From Curvularia clavata (taxonomy: Eukaryota): a DNA stretch of 64,000 bases. The position numbers and the translations under genes were made by a program. How positions within the stretch are numbered: the first letter of the stretch is position 1; each line of letters opens with the position of its first letter. Positions 49,414 to 63,315 of this stretch are shown piece by piece. The notes below the pieces were generated by a model that did not search any database, was not told where the DNA came from, and worked only from the letters and a program-made list of their open reading frames with translations. Location of the stretch: positions 1,364,001-1,428,000 of the forward strand of contig CP089275.1 in assembly GCA_023920165.1 (NCBI GenBank), in the 5' to 3' direction.

Positions 49414-49857
49414 ACATAAAACGTTAACGCACGAAAATTCAAAGTATTTTCTGTCTCGCTTCATCATTGAAATCAATCCAATCCGAAAACCCCGATGTAT
49501 GTCTGTGTTCACTCCTCACGATCTGGAATGCACTTGCTTGTTGTGACTAGCGCGTTTTCCCCGCAAAGCCGCGGTACGGCTAACAGCGGTCTTGAAATGT
49601 CGTCGGAACCCCAGCCTCGACGCATCTTCGGTAAACAGCCCTCGCAGTCTTCTGTGAGCCGCGAGCCGGTCCAATTTCAGTATTTGTTTTTTTCTGTCAC
49701 ATAGTGCGGGCTGTCGTCTTTTTGTCTGCAAACTGTACAGCCATTGCGTACTCATCCTGAACCCCCAGCGTGCAGCCCAAGTGACATCACTCCCCAGAGG
49801 GACACGGACAACCAAGGCTCACCGTGCTGTGGAAAGTTTCCAATTCCCCAATTCAAG

Positions 49858-51698
49858 ATGATTCCCAAAGCACCTTCGCGCGAGGCTTTGGCCTTGCTCA
49901 AGAACACAATTCGACCCGCCGCGGCTATCCGACCACAAGCACAGCGCTGTCTTCTCTCCTCCACTTCCCGCCCTACGACACTTGCGCATTCGCGAGCTGG
50001 GAACTTGCGCCCAGCATCCCGCAGTGTAGCTACCTTTACACATTCACACCACGCCGAGGCTGTGTCTGTCATCCCTACAAACGTCGACACGAGCAATGCC
50101 GACTTCAAAGAGAACAAGCGCCAGATGGACGAAGCAACAGAGAAGCTTGTCAATCTCCACACCAAGATTGCCCAGGGCGGCCCGCAGAAGGCGAGGGACA
50201 AGCACGTACAGCGAGGCAAGATGCTGGTCAGGGACAGAATCTCTGCCCTGATTGACCCTGGCACACCTTTTCTTGAATTAAGTCAAATGGCAGGCCACGA
50301 GATGTATGGCGAAGACGACGTACCCGCAGGTGGCATTGTGACCGGCATTGGTACTGTCAACGGCGTCCAGTGCATGGTGGTCGCAAACGATGCCACAGTC
50401 AAGGGAGGCACATACTATCCCATTACCGTGAAGAAGCACCTGCGAGCGCAGACGATTGCCCAAGAAAACCGCTTACCGTGCATCTACCTTGTCGACTCTG
50501 GAGGCGCGAACCTTCCCAACCAAGCCGATGTTTTCCCAGACGTGAACCACTTTGGTCGCATATTCTACAACCAGGCGCGCATGTCAAGCATGGGCATTCC
50601 GCAGATCAGTGTGGTGATGGGGCCATGCACAGCAGGCGGCGCCTATGTGCCTAGTATGAGTGATGAGAACATTATCGTAGAGAACCAAGGTCACATTTTC
50701 CTCGCGGGTCCGCCGTTAGTCAAGGCAGCCACGGGCGAGATTGTCTCTGCAGAGGATCTCGGTGGAGGCAAGCTTCACAGCGAGGTTTCTGGTGTCACGG
50801 ACTACCTAGCAGTCGACGACGCACACGCCCTCGTTCTAGCACGAAGAAGCATTGGAAACCTCAACTGGCATCGCAACCAGACAGTGGCCGCACAGCCGAG
50901 CTACCAGGAGCCACTGTACGACCCCCAGGAACTGTCTGGCATTGTGGGCACCAACCTCCGTCGCCAGATACCCATCCACGAGGTCATTGCGCGCATCGTC
51001 GACGGATCGTCCTTTGACGAGTTCAAGCCACTGTATGGATCGACGCTGGTGACTGGATTCGCAAAGATCTACGGACACCAGGTGGGCATAGTCGCCAACA
51101 ATGGTATTCTCTTCAGCGAAAGCTCGCTGAAGGGCGCGCATTTCGTCCAGCTTTGCGGCAAGCGACACATTCCGCTCATTTTCCTGCAGAATATCTCGGG
51201 TTTCATGGTTGGACAAGATGCCGAGAAGGGCGGTATCGCGAAGAACGGAGCCAAGCTTGTGACTGCTGTCAGTTGTGTCGATGTTCCCAAGTTCACCGTC
51301 GTGGTAGGATCTAGTGCTGGTGCTGGAAATTACGGCATGTGGTAAGTGTCTTTTGATGTTTTAAGACTCTGGATTTGGCTTTGCTGACACATCAACCTAG
51401 TGGGCGCGCATACTCTCCACGGCTCATGTTTACCTGGCCTAATGCAAAGACATCGGTCATGGGCGCCGAACAGCTGTCGTCGGTCATGGAGGCGGTTGGC
51501 AAGAAGGTGGATCCTGCGCTTAAGGCGAGAATCGAACACGAGAGTGAAGCAACGTTTGGCTCGGCAAGACTATGGGATGATGGCATCATACCGCCCGAGC
51601 ATACCCGGCGGGTTCTCGGCATGGGATTGCAAATGGCGTGCGGCGGGCAGAACCAGCGCGTGGATAAGGAGAGCACCTGGGGTGTGTTTAGGATGTAA
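49858..51698 (+). CDS. mccB: 3-methylcrotonyl-CoA carboxylase beta (carboxyltransferase) subunit
   Basis: Mitochondrial-type presequence; [39 protein letters not shown] and ARLWDDGII, ending WGVFRM. One intron near 51342-51400. Confidence 0.95.
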
Positions 51699-52760
51699 GC
51701 ACGGAAGATTGGTAGAAAACAAAATTCAGGAACGCGCGTTTTGCTTGGTTTGGTCGTCAGCTTGATGCTCGTGTCTATGGTGATGTTCATGGTGTGGTTG
51801 CAGAAAAGGTGGTTCTGTTGTTGCGCGGCGGATTCGATCACAATTTCCGCCCCCACAAAAACCCTTGCGTCCGCCGCTTCCGTGCGTCTTGGCAGGCGGG
51901 CGACCGGCATTCTCAAGACGGCGCAAGCATGCTTGGGCAATGCTTGTGTGTGGCGTGGTAAGCTGTATGTCCCTGGCTTCTAGGCAGGCACAGCCGTTGT
52001 CTTCCATAGCTGTATGTATGCGTGTCAACGTCTCTGTACATGGAGCAACGACATGTGTTTGTGAGAAGATGTTTGTTTGTAAGAAACAAGGCATCCCAGA
52101 TCCTCCGGCCCTGCGCCACAGTTCCTTGACTCCGCCCCGCCAAAGCTGGGTCCTCTCTCTGTTTCAACCCTTCGTCCACATGTGACCAACCATGACTAGA
52201 GAAAACTCTTTCCAACGCACAACCGTTTGCCCGGCTTTTCTGGTAACCGGCCCTGAAAATCCATCTGGGACGTAAATAGTGGTAGCTAATATTGTGGCGC
52301 CGGAACCAAACCGGCTCAGCATAGCGCTGCTGGTCTTGGCAGCCCTGCCGACCTGCCTCTCGCAGATGGAAATGTGAGGGGAGCGAAGAGCGGGCGCATG
52401 CAAGTGTCATTTGCTGACGCCCTGAATACGGGATTAGGTGTCCAGCCCTGTGCCACTCACGCCCATGGCACCGAGTATTCCTTGCCAGGTGCTTGCCTGT
52501 CGATCCCGCCCACTCTTCCTTCGTCACCTTCACGCGCCCTGACGCTCCATTCACACGTTCGCTTTTCCCCTCTTCTAACCGTCGCCCGCCCACCTGACTG
52601 ACTTGCTTATTCTCTTCAACTACTCACCCACTTGTCCCTTCTGCTGCATTTTCATTCTCTAGTACTACTACTATTATCACATCTTGCCACTAGGCCCGGC
52701 TCCCAGTATCCTGGAACCCCACTCGTTAGCATTGCTCTAGGCCCCATCTCACATGCCGTC

Positions 52761-54382
52761 ATGAAGTTATTCAGCCCTGCGCAGGCACTAGCTGCCCTCT
52801 CTCTGCTGTCGACCCAAGTCGTGCGACCACTTACCCAGGCTCTGACTCTGGATCCCAATTCCCCAGGTAAGCCATAATCTTGCCAGCGCTTCCAAACACT
52901 TATGCGCGCGTGCCAAGTATTGACCTCTTTGTCGCATAGATTCTATCAAAGATGTTTCCAGCAAGGTCGCCAAACAGCTTGTCGCGCAGTATGCCACAAT
53001 TGACGACAAGGGGGTTCATGTCCTCGGAGGTTACCCAGGTATTCTATACCCGCCGTACTACTGGTGGCAGGCCGGCGCCATGTTTGGCACACTGCTAGAC
53101 TACTGGCACTACACCGGCGACGACCAGTACAATGAGATGGTCCGCGAGGGCCTAATCCACCAGTTTGGAGAGCATCTTGACCTGGTACTTATTTCTTCCG
53201 AAAGTATCATGTTCAATCAATTACTAAGTCTCTCAGATGCCTTCAAATCAGTCCAAGAACGAAGGAAATGACGATCAAGTATTCTGGGCCTTTTCCATGA
53301 TCGCTGCAGCCGAGTACAAGCTCCCAGATCCTCCGGAAGACCAGCCTGGTTGGCTCGCCATCACGCAATCCGTCTTCAATCAGTTTGTCGGTCGCTACCA
53401 GAAGGAGGTTGCTGATGGCAATTGCGGCGGTGGCATGCGCTGGCAGATCTACCCATGGCTGAATGGATGGACGTACAAAAACACTGCCTCGAACGGAGGT
53501 CTTTTCCACCTCGGAGCCAGACTTGCCATGTACACAGGCAATGATACATATGCGGTTTGGGCAGAGAAAGCCTTTGATTGGATGTCTGATAGCCCAATCT
53601 TGCCCGGTGATGGTCAAGTCTACGACGGCACGAGCATGACGACAAATCCTCCCTGTAGCAAGGCCGACCAGACGCCCTGGACGTACAACTACGGCATCAT
53701 GATCGCAGGCGCAGCCTACGTACGTTCACTTTTCTTTCCCACGGTTCAATTCTCTCACTCAAAAAAGCAAACAAACTAACAAACATCCCAGATGTACAAC
53801 TACACCAACGGTGCCGACAAATGGAAAACCGCCCTTTCCCAATTCCTCAACAAATCTGCCATCTTCTTCCCGGAAGACAAGGGGGGCGTCATGATCGAAG
53901 TCTGCGAAGCCAAACAACTCTGTGACGCCGACCAAGAAAGCTTCAAGGCCTATCTCGCGCGCTGGCTCGGCATCACCATCCAAATGGCCCCCGAATTCAC
54001 CCCCCAGATTCTCCCCAGGCTGCAAAAATCCGCTGTCGGCGCCGCGCAAACCTGCGAGGGCCCTTCGCAGCACAACGGTGGACCCCACCAGTGCGGCATG
54101 AAGTGGTACAACACAGGCTTCGATGGCATCGGCGGCGTGGGCCCCCAAATGACGGCCCTCAATGTCATCTCGGTGCTTAATGCTGAGCGCGTCCCCGCGC
54201 CCTACTCGCATTCGACGGGTGGAACGAGTAAAGGTGACCCGGGGCTGGGGTCGGGCAATGACGAGGATCGCCTGCCAAAGTTTGAGAAGGAAATCACGAC
54301 TGCGGATAAGGCGGGCGCGGCGATTCTTACCATCCTGGTGGCGGCTATGTTTGTTGGTGGGTCGTATTGGATGTTGATTTAG
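52761..54382 (+). CDS. GH76 alpha-1,6-mannanase/transglycosylase (Dfg5/Dcw1-like), secreted with C-terminal anchor
   Basis: Signal peptide MKLFSPAQALAALSLL; PYYWWQAGAM, EGNDDQ, CGGGMRWQI, YKNTASNG, WTYNYG and ITTADKAGAAILT; three introns. Confidence 0.94.
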
Positions 54383-55196
54383 GTACCGGGTTGGCCTATG
54401 TACCGTTTGCTTCTTCTTTTTTCTGTGTCTGGGCGCATGCAAAAGGACATTTCTCGTCTTTTTTTCTTCTCTTTTCTTCCGTTCTTATCACCCGGGGGGT
54501 TTTTTTTCTCTTCCTCGGCTTATACCCATCCCGAAGATGGAAATGACTGATGGCATGAACTGGTGCCGGAAATTGAGCATCGTGGCGTTTGGTGGGGGCT
54601 TTTTTTTTGTTTGCACATTTGGGGTGGGATGGTTTTTTGTTTCGGAAACAGGTTGGTCTCATCGAGTCTTATTTGCATACATATACATACATCTTTCGAT
54701 GGAAATGAAGAAACATTGTTATCACATGTTCACTTCGCGGGTTCAGGGCAGGGGTTCCATGTGATGTCTTTGTTTATTTTTTGTTTCTGTTAAACAAGAC
54801 TACACTGACTCCCTCCAACCAGGAAAAGCGGAAAATCAAAACGAGCTCATCTACCAAGAAGAGGCTGTCAATAAAGAGACGATAAACAAATGTGACAACC
54901 AGCGCTATTTCTAAAAGCAAAGTTGTATGCAGAAATAGTAGAGCAAACAATCTATAACTGTGACAACTAAAGCTACTTTTTACAGTATATGAAGTATCGG
55001 TATAAGGAATAATTCATTGCAATCTAACAGTGGGTATCAGAGTGTCTATCTAGCCAATCCTACCAACGCCTTGCCATATCCCATGCCTCGCCGAGTCGTG
55101 CAAATACCAACCCTAGTGAAAATGGTGGCCAATCGCCATCTATCCAAGATTTTTTCTTCTGGCTTGCAATCTCAGACAAACACCTAATAGAGACTC

Positions 55197-56473
55197 CTAA
55201 TCAATATAGCGTCTCCAGCCATTTGCAACCAGGCATTTCTTCCCTTTGTCATCAAGGCCCACCACAAATCGCTCCCATCGAGCATCTTGCCCAGCACCAA
55301 GAACTAGCACAGTTTGGTCATCCAACCAGCCAATCAAGCCTTTTGTGGGCCTACCGCCTGGCACGCCTGGAATACCTGCACTTAGGGTAGCAGATTTGCC
55401 ATGTGGGCCCCACGATGTGGGCTCATCACCCATCTCAAACTTGGCCGTCGCGGTAGGGTACGTATCAGAGAACTGCCGGGGCAAGAGCGGGATTTTGGAC
55501 AGTATGCCATACTTGTGCTGTGCAGGATCGGCTTGTGGGGCAGCAGTTGCTGCCTTGAGGTCATAAATGTGAAGTGTGGATTTGTCGGAAGTCACAGCGA
55601 GGGTGGAGCCGTCGGGTGAGAAAGCAAGAGAGAAAATGGCTGCAGGGTCAACGCCACGACGGAGCTCTGCGAGTTTGGTGCAGGATGGAAACGACCACAG
55701 ACGTATGATTGTGCCCTGTTCACTGGCTGTTGCTATCAGATCGCAATTTCTGCTTATGCCGATTGCGCGTAGTGGGCTCTCGTGGGCAGGAATGATGCTG
55801 ACGTTGCCCGTGTTCAGATCGTAAATCTTGACTTGCCCAGCTGCCCTACCCGGGAAGGCGACAATGTTTGTGCCCAGCTCGCACAGCCCAAACGGATTGT
55901 TGACGGTTTCGTACTCGGCCGTCTTGGCTGGAGGCACCTTCATCTTGTATATGCACAGTGAATTCAGTAGCGCGACCACCATGTGCGTCTGCGACAGTCG
56001 TACACGCTGAATAGGCGTCTTGAACTCAACCGATGTGGTGAAGCGTTCCGTCTTGTCGTTCCAAATTTGAACCTCGAAGATGAAGTCAGTATCGTTGACC
56101 AATATCCAGCCGGAGTCCTCGGGACGCACTTTATTCTGGGGATACTTGGGCTGCTTCCCTCCTCCGACTAGGGCTATGTAGCTCTTATTGCCGAGCATCT
56201 CTGCGCAGCCGATGCCGCCGCCAACCTCTGCGAATATGTCAGCATGGTTTTGTGGGTATTGGTGAACTGAAAATACCTCTGGCGATCCGCTCCTCGCATG
56301 TTGTGGATGAGTAGACTGCAAACGTCAACTACAGTCTATATGGACTTGAATGGGCGTATCCTACCGCGAAAGCCAGTCTCGAGCGCTACAGAAAAATGGG
56401 AGCAGTCGGCGTTGAACGAGGCCGAGAGCACAAACGGCCCGGTGTCCGAGTCGAGAATGGGCCTGGTATTCAT
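55197..56473 (-). CDS. HSV2: PROPPIN/WIPI-family WD40 protein (Hsv2/SVP1-like protein 2)
   Basis: MNTRPIL...SASFNADCSHFSVALETGFR, ALVGGGKQPK, IIPAHESPLR, ATASEQGTIIR, LRRG phosphoinositide motif, TSDKSTLHI. Confidence 0.9.
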
Positions 56474-57449
56474 GGTCCGTCGTCGCTATAAGGTAGTTCG
56501 GCTATGCGCTGTTTCAAACGCTCAGGCGGGGGCGGGGTTTGTTTGTTGTACTTGTGAATGCAAAAGCAGATAGATTATTTAGTACGGCGAGTGCAGGCGT
56601 TAAAAGGCCAGTGGTATGCTAGACCCATGGTCCAGGAGCGAGTGCGGCGACATGTGTACCGAGGGAGGGGAGGGGAGGGGAGGGGAGTGGGTTGGCAACG
56701 TCGATATCGAGGGTCCGCAGGTCACTGCTCACCTTGTCATCTGCGCCCGCCTGGCTCTTTCCCCGTAATGCGGGAGCTAACCGGTTGCGGCAAGCGTGAC
56801 TGGTGGGACGCAAGACATGGAGTGTACGCAGAGTACGGCTTGTTGCAACACGGGATGCTACTGTACGACGGAGAAGACCAGATGATCAGAAGACTATTAG
56901 GCGAGTAGTTTTTTTTCGCCGTCAAATGCAGCGTGGCAGGGCATGAGTGTCTCCGGCAGAAGCAAATCTGTCGATATATTTGTAAACGGTCGGGACTTGG
57001 ACGCGTCGACGCCGATACGGCATCAATATCAGGAGACTGCGAAGCGCGACGACTGCACCAAGGCAGGTGAGTGCATGTAGACACATGCGCCCTCGCTCGA
57101 CAGATTGATTCTAAGGCTGCTCTCTCTCTCTGCAAGTGTGCGCGACCAACAAGCGTCTCTCTGGTACTGCAAATCGTACCCAAAGCAGTCGGGTCGGGCC
57201 AGGTGGTTGCGCCAAGAAGGAGAGGCCGACCAGGGTGTTTCCCGCTAGCGAGCCCCTTTGCATCGCGCAGGGAGTAGCTGCCAGTGTCCCCAAATTTCCA
57301 CGACGACACCGCTCCAACACCACAGACAGTCATCATCCTCTGTCTCTCTACACACTCTCGCCTCCGGTCTCGCCCTCTCTTCCGGCAGTCTCCATTGTGT
57401 CCACACGCTTCCATCCAAGACACATCACATCCACATACCACAGCCCATC

Positions 57450-58890
57450 ATGTCTTCGGTACGACGCTCCTCCCCACGATACCACGTCTCCGCTCCTCAG
57501 GCACGCGAGGCCACCCTGCCCTCTGCACACGCCCTTGCTATCCCTTGTCGTTACTAACAATGCCTCAGGCGCTTAACAAGACGCGCAGAAAGAAGAATGT
57601 CAAGAAGGGAATCCAGTTCTGCCTGATGGTCTGCGGTGCCTCAGGTACGGGCCGGACCACCTTTGTCAACACGCTTTGCGGCCAGCAGGTGCTTGGACAC
57701 AAGGAGGTTGATGATCCCACAACTGCCCACGTTGAGGAGGGCGTCAAGATCAAGCCCATCACTGTCGGTGCGTTGCCCCCGTCGATGGTGGTCACTCCCC
57801 TGATGCAGCGACTGACAATTGGACAGAACTTGACGAGGAGGGCACCCGCATCTCGCTCACCATTGTCGACACACCCGGATTTGGAGACCAGATCGACAAT
57901 GAGGCCAGGTAGGCATCCTGCAGCCATATGATGACGCCGGCTCACATGTGATACAGTTTCTCAGAAATCGTCGGATATCTGGAGCGACAGTACGATGGCA
58001 TTCTTGCAGAGGAATCGCGTATTAAGCGTAACCCGCGCTTCCGGGACGATCGTGTACACGTACTCCTGTACTTCATCACCCCTACTGGACACGGGTATGT
58101 CTTCTCTCCACGTTAGCCAATACACTGCTAATACCGTCCTAGTCTCCGTGAACTCGACATTGAGCTCATGAAGCGCCTTTCCCCCCGCTGCAACGTCATC
58201 CCCGTTATCGGCAAGGCCGACTCACTTACACCTGCTGAGCTTGCCGAGTCGAAAAAGCTCGTCATGGAGGACATTGAGCACTACCGCATTCCTGTGTACA
58301 ACTTCCCTTACGATGTCGAAGAAGATGACGAGGACACAGTCGAAGAAAATGCCGAGCTCCGTGGCCTGATGCCCTTTGCCATTGTTGGTTCCGAGGACAT
58401 TGTCGAGGTAAACGGCCGACGGGTCAGGGCGCGCCAGTACCCTTGGGGTATCGTAGAGGTGGATAACCCCCGCCACTCCGACTTCCTTGCCGTGCGAAGC
58501 GCGCTCCTGCACAGCCATCTTGCCGATCTCAAGGAAATCACGCACGACTTCCTGTACGAGAACTACCGTACCGAGAAGCTCAGCAAGAGCGTCGAGGGTG
58601 CTGCTGCGTAAGTGTTGACCCCTCCTTTGTCCTTGAATTACACGCTAACAAAAAGAAGTAACGACTCGTCGATGAACCCTGAGGACCTTGCCAGCCAGTC
58701 GGTACGCCTGAAGGAGGAGCAGCTGCGCCGTGAGGAGGAGAAGCTGCGTGAGATCGAAGTCAAGGTCCAACGTGAGATCAACGAGAAGCGACAGGAGCTC
58801 TTGGCACGCGAGAGCCAACTGAAGGAGATTGAGGCCCGCATGAACCGAGAGCAGAGTGGTATGGCGCATGATGATGCAGACGACGCTTAA
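57450..58890 (+). CDS. CDC11: Septin, Cdc11/AspA group
   Basis: MSS|ALNKTRRKKNVKKGIQFCLMVCGASGTGRTTFVNTL (GRT P-loop variant), DTPGFGD, GKAD, RQYPWG and a C-terminal coiled coil; several introns. Confidence 0.93.
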
Positions 58891-61800
58891 GCCTGCTTGC
58901 CCCATATGCGTGTATGCCCGCTCCCGGTCTTTGCATCGACTCCGTGTGCGTGTGGTTTTGGGCAGCAGCGGCCAGCGCGCTTGCACCGAAAAAAAAACCG
59001 CCAAGGAAAGTTGACCAAAAAGACGGCACTGGTGATCATGACGGTTGCTGGCGTTTTGCAAAATGGTGAGGGGGTTGGTGGATTGCTGACATTGAAGGGG
59101 ATATACTCGGAATGTCTGGCTTCATTTTCTTCTCAGTCTGCGGGGCCTTTCCATTTTTTTAACGGGACAAAGTGTTCTAGCCTTTTAGATGTGTGGTTTT
59201 ACACGGGTCCCAAACACGACACAAGCCTTCTCGTATGTTTACTTAGCCTTTTTTCCGATAACTTATTCCCCCCCGCCTTTCTGGTCCTTTGTAGGAAGTA
59301 GTAATTTACATTCTAATATCACTCTGATGTTGACGGACATGTGTGTGCGTGTGTTTGTATATGGTGGTTGTCTGTGTATACTTGGTGCTTGTGGCAAGAA
59401 GCAGGCACACGACGACTTCCTGTGCCTTGTTGCGCTGTATGGCCATGTCCACCTGCAAACCAGTGGGAAGGTTATTGTTACATTGAACTGCATGAATCTA
59501 ATGCAGTGGCTGTTCAGGATTGGCACTTTCCATCAGCCCTTTTTTCCGGCATAAGAAATTATCGTTGTGTTCCGCGAGCATTGCCCTCACCGCCCTTCGC
59601 CCTGACTACGGCTTCCTAAACTACAGCTGTTCCCATCAGATAACAGGGCCGCGTATCTGCTTCCTCCCGGCGTTTGTAGCCCATCGGCGGTTCTTGTTGG
59701 ATGATTGATCTCCGCTCCCTATCGATGATGATTGTCGGCTAGTTGCTCCTCATACGTAAGTGACACGGAGGTACCGAGGACCCGAACGGAGTCCGCGATG
59801 ACGGGCCAAAGACGAGAGCAGGATCATCTCCGCAGGAAGACATTGGGTCCTCTGGTTTGCGTGAATTGCGTAGACTTACATATATGCCAAGCATAGCGAG
59901 GGTCTGGATGTTACATGGATGGAGGGTGGGTTTTTTCTGGGTTCTTTTTTGCCAGGCAGTCCGTTTGGCCTATCTCTCTGTATGTGGCGCCTGTTGAGAC
60001 GTAATTGCTTCTTTCTCGTTTACCACGAGGGATTTTGAGCCAGCCAGTGCGGTATCAAGACGGAGAGTGGGGCGTTTATAGGCCATGTGTCTAGAATATT
60101 GCTCGCTCGCGCGATTGCCGACGGATGGTGATGATGATGGCGGAGATGACAAGCAAAGGACGGAATTGCTGAAGCGAGCTGCCAAATCGGTGAGGTGCTG
60201 CACGTCATGATGCCGGTACGTAGCGACCCGTCTTACGCTGACTATCGGTAGATTCCCAGATGCCCAGTGCAGTGCAGTGCAGTGTAGTCCCATCTTGTTT
60301 TTATCGCCGCCGAATGGGTGGCCTTGGTGCGATGACCCTCCTCTTGCATTGGGTATCCAGGTCGCTGACCTTGGGATCTTGCTCGATAGTATTGGTACGT
60401 CTATGGTTGGTCTCACGGTGAGGGGGGGCAATTGTAGAGCTTCAGATATGGTCTCGTATGGGCCAAGTATATCAAAAATCCTAGCAAAGATAGTTTGGTC
60501 TACGACGTGTCTATGGCCTTGGTACTTCAGATCCTATCAGAAATCTTGTCAGACATGCACAGCAGTTGAGCTTACTGGGAGACCCTTGGACTAGGCAACC
60601 AGCTGTTGGAGACGGAGTGGGCTCAGGAAGCCTTACTATCAGCTGTTTCATACTAAGAGCGATGGCAAGTCGAGTATCAGCCGTTAGCAGGAGGCCGCCC
60701 GAAGCGATGAAGCATCTTGATGAATTGCAGTTGGGCGATTGAGGTCAAAAGGATGGTGTGTCCATGTCTGTTCCGGCAAAAGGGATTGATGATCCCAGCG
60801 TGCAGTGGCGGTCGAAGGAACGTGGCTGTATGTGCATAGCAATGCAACTTGCACAATGCCATCATCGGTGAGATCTATGTGCATGCATGCTCGTCCACTC
60901 AAATATATTGGCTCTCGGACCGCCCACGAGTATCTGGCAGCGGATTCGGCATACCGACAACTGCCGGAAGATGTGGCGCTTTACGACGATGTTATTGCCG
61001 CCTGCTTTCAAGGCTCCTGGATCCCGATTTCTTGGCTTCATGGTATTGGCCTTTGGCATGCAGTATGACCTCGATCCGAGCGTTGACGCTCGATACGGGA
61101 ATCAATAAAGGCGCTCAACGATCTTGGCTGCTCACACAACAGGCCGTGTTGCTGCGGCCGGGAGGATGCCTTGAAGAGGAGAATTCCATGGTGAAATTGG
61201 CCGATAGAAGGGCGGGGAAGCAGAGTCCAGACTGGGAACAAAGATATGGGTGGACTGGGCGAGTGGTTGCAGGTGGCACCGGTATCTTATGCAGCGCGGT
61301 CCATGGGAACGAATCCTGTTGTCCCAGTTTCCACCGTGCGGCCGACGGCACGGCCAGTGGGGCGGGGGGTTTTGTGTGTATACACGTCGTGGCTTGGGGG
61401 TCTCGACGCCGGAGGTGTGCATAACCGATGTCCTGTTGCGGACGAAGCGAGGAACCTAGGTTCGTCGATCGGCAGGGCGTTTAGTTTGCTGGTGGGGGTG
61501 CAGGTGCAGGTGCAGGTGCATGACGCACGCCCCCGCCCCACCCTTTTCCCAACGGGCCCACTCGGACGACGTGATCCGGCTCCGGTACAAGCTTTGAAAT
61601 AATGGCTGTAGCCGCGCAGTGCGCGGCTGTCTTTTTATTCTACGAGCCCTCTGCTTGTACACTATCCTCTGGCTGAGTCATCGGGCGGTGCAGTGCTGGG
61701 ACCGAAATACTCGAGCGGGGAGCTAGCGAGTCGTTGCCATCAGGTGTGCCAAACGTCTCTCCTGGCCAGAACAGCATGTATCCAGTGACTGAGTGCTATT

Positions 61801-63315
61801 ATGCAAGTGTAGCATAACTAACGACGTGTCCAGTTGTTCTTTTGTGCTGCGTCTGCATCTGCATCTGCATCTCTGCACAAGCAGAATACGTAACCTCGGC
61901 CTCGACTGGACTGCCGACTACTGCGGGCCTGGGGGTCCGTTGCCAGGCACCGAAGGGCTAATAGGCTAGACAGGCATACGCTCGGATGGGGAAACAGAGC
62001 CTCCTGCTGTGAACTAGCTGCATGGGGCCCTGATGGCAAGACGGTCGAATGAGCAATGTGCTATGTAGGTAGCACAAGTCCAAGTTCCACCTGCGTGGTT
62101 CGGGAACGCCAGCTGATGCAACCTGGTCTCACAGGGCCTGTACGAGGACCAGGGCACGCGCCGACAGCACGTCAGCTACCCACTGTCAGAGTTTTCCGCG
62201 ACATTGTGTCGACTTGCTGGGCTCACCGGATTGCCCGGCGGAGCTGAAAACCGTGCTGTGCACATGTGCGATTGGGGCGTGTGGGTGTGGGTGTGGGTGT
62301 GGGTGTGGGGGATGCCGCCACCTGGTTGACATGGCCGCACCCACGGCGAGGGCGAGGGCGAGGCCAGAGACGTTTAGGCAGGCCGCATTCGGATATAATG
62401 TTTGTTGATTGACTGCAAATGCAGCTATTGAAGTTTGCGCTCGCCCGTTGGTGGCTGGCTGGCTGGCTGGTGGCCAACTGATGCCCCGTTGCCGCGTTCA
62501 TGCAGGGTCTCGTCACCCTACGGCCATATCCCCATCTACACCTACACCAAGGTCCCTCTGGGGGCCAGGGGCGTCCAATTCACATCCCGCACAGCGCCTG
62601 CATCGTGATGGAGGGCCCCGTTTCCCTCGCCCGATGCAAAAGCCTCCGTCACAGATACGTCTAGACTCGCCAATCGGATGGCAGATCGGCGGGGAGACGT
62701 GAAGCCCACCAAAGCCACCATGGTCTTAGCGAGCTGCACGGCTTCGTCCTGAACGCGATTGACAGACGCGGAAGCAGGGATGCCTCTTCCCCGGCGCTGA
62801 TGCTCCATGCTGCTAGTCGCCCTCTTGTCCAAAATGCTTCTCCGGAAAGCACAGGCAAGACGACTGTTAGCATCGCTGCACTATTCTTGCGCGCGACTGC
62901 GGCGGCAGAGCTAGTAAAATACACTCCCGGCCATGTTCGTCATCATCTCAACTCGCTGCCTGGGTGCAGGCTCCGCCGGGCAGGTACCACTGGCACTTGA
63001 CTGGATCGCTCCTGCTGCTTGCTCTTTTCTTCTGTACCACCTCCCTGTCCTCTCTACCCTCTCATCCCACTCCATATCTGACGCCACCCCTCTGACGCCA
63101 CCCACGCTTCCAGGTTCAAAAGCCCTCTCCTCCAGTCTCTTTTCTGATACATACCCTCCCTCGCCTGGGCCTTCCACTACCAACTCTCACTACACCACCA
63201 CGGCTGCTTGTCCCCGAGAGCTTTCTTCAAGTCCTTCTTTCTTTCAAGCTCTCTTTCTCTTACCAATTCCTCCTCCTCAAACAACTACACCTGTTCACAT
63301 CACTCAAATCACGCC

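Noticed and set aside
58900..63300. Short ORFs between the septin and PQ-loop genes
   Set aside because: No motifs, and scattered 4-6-nt microsatellites. Treated as intergenic/UTR.
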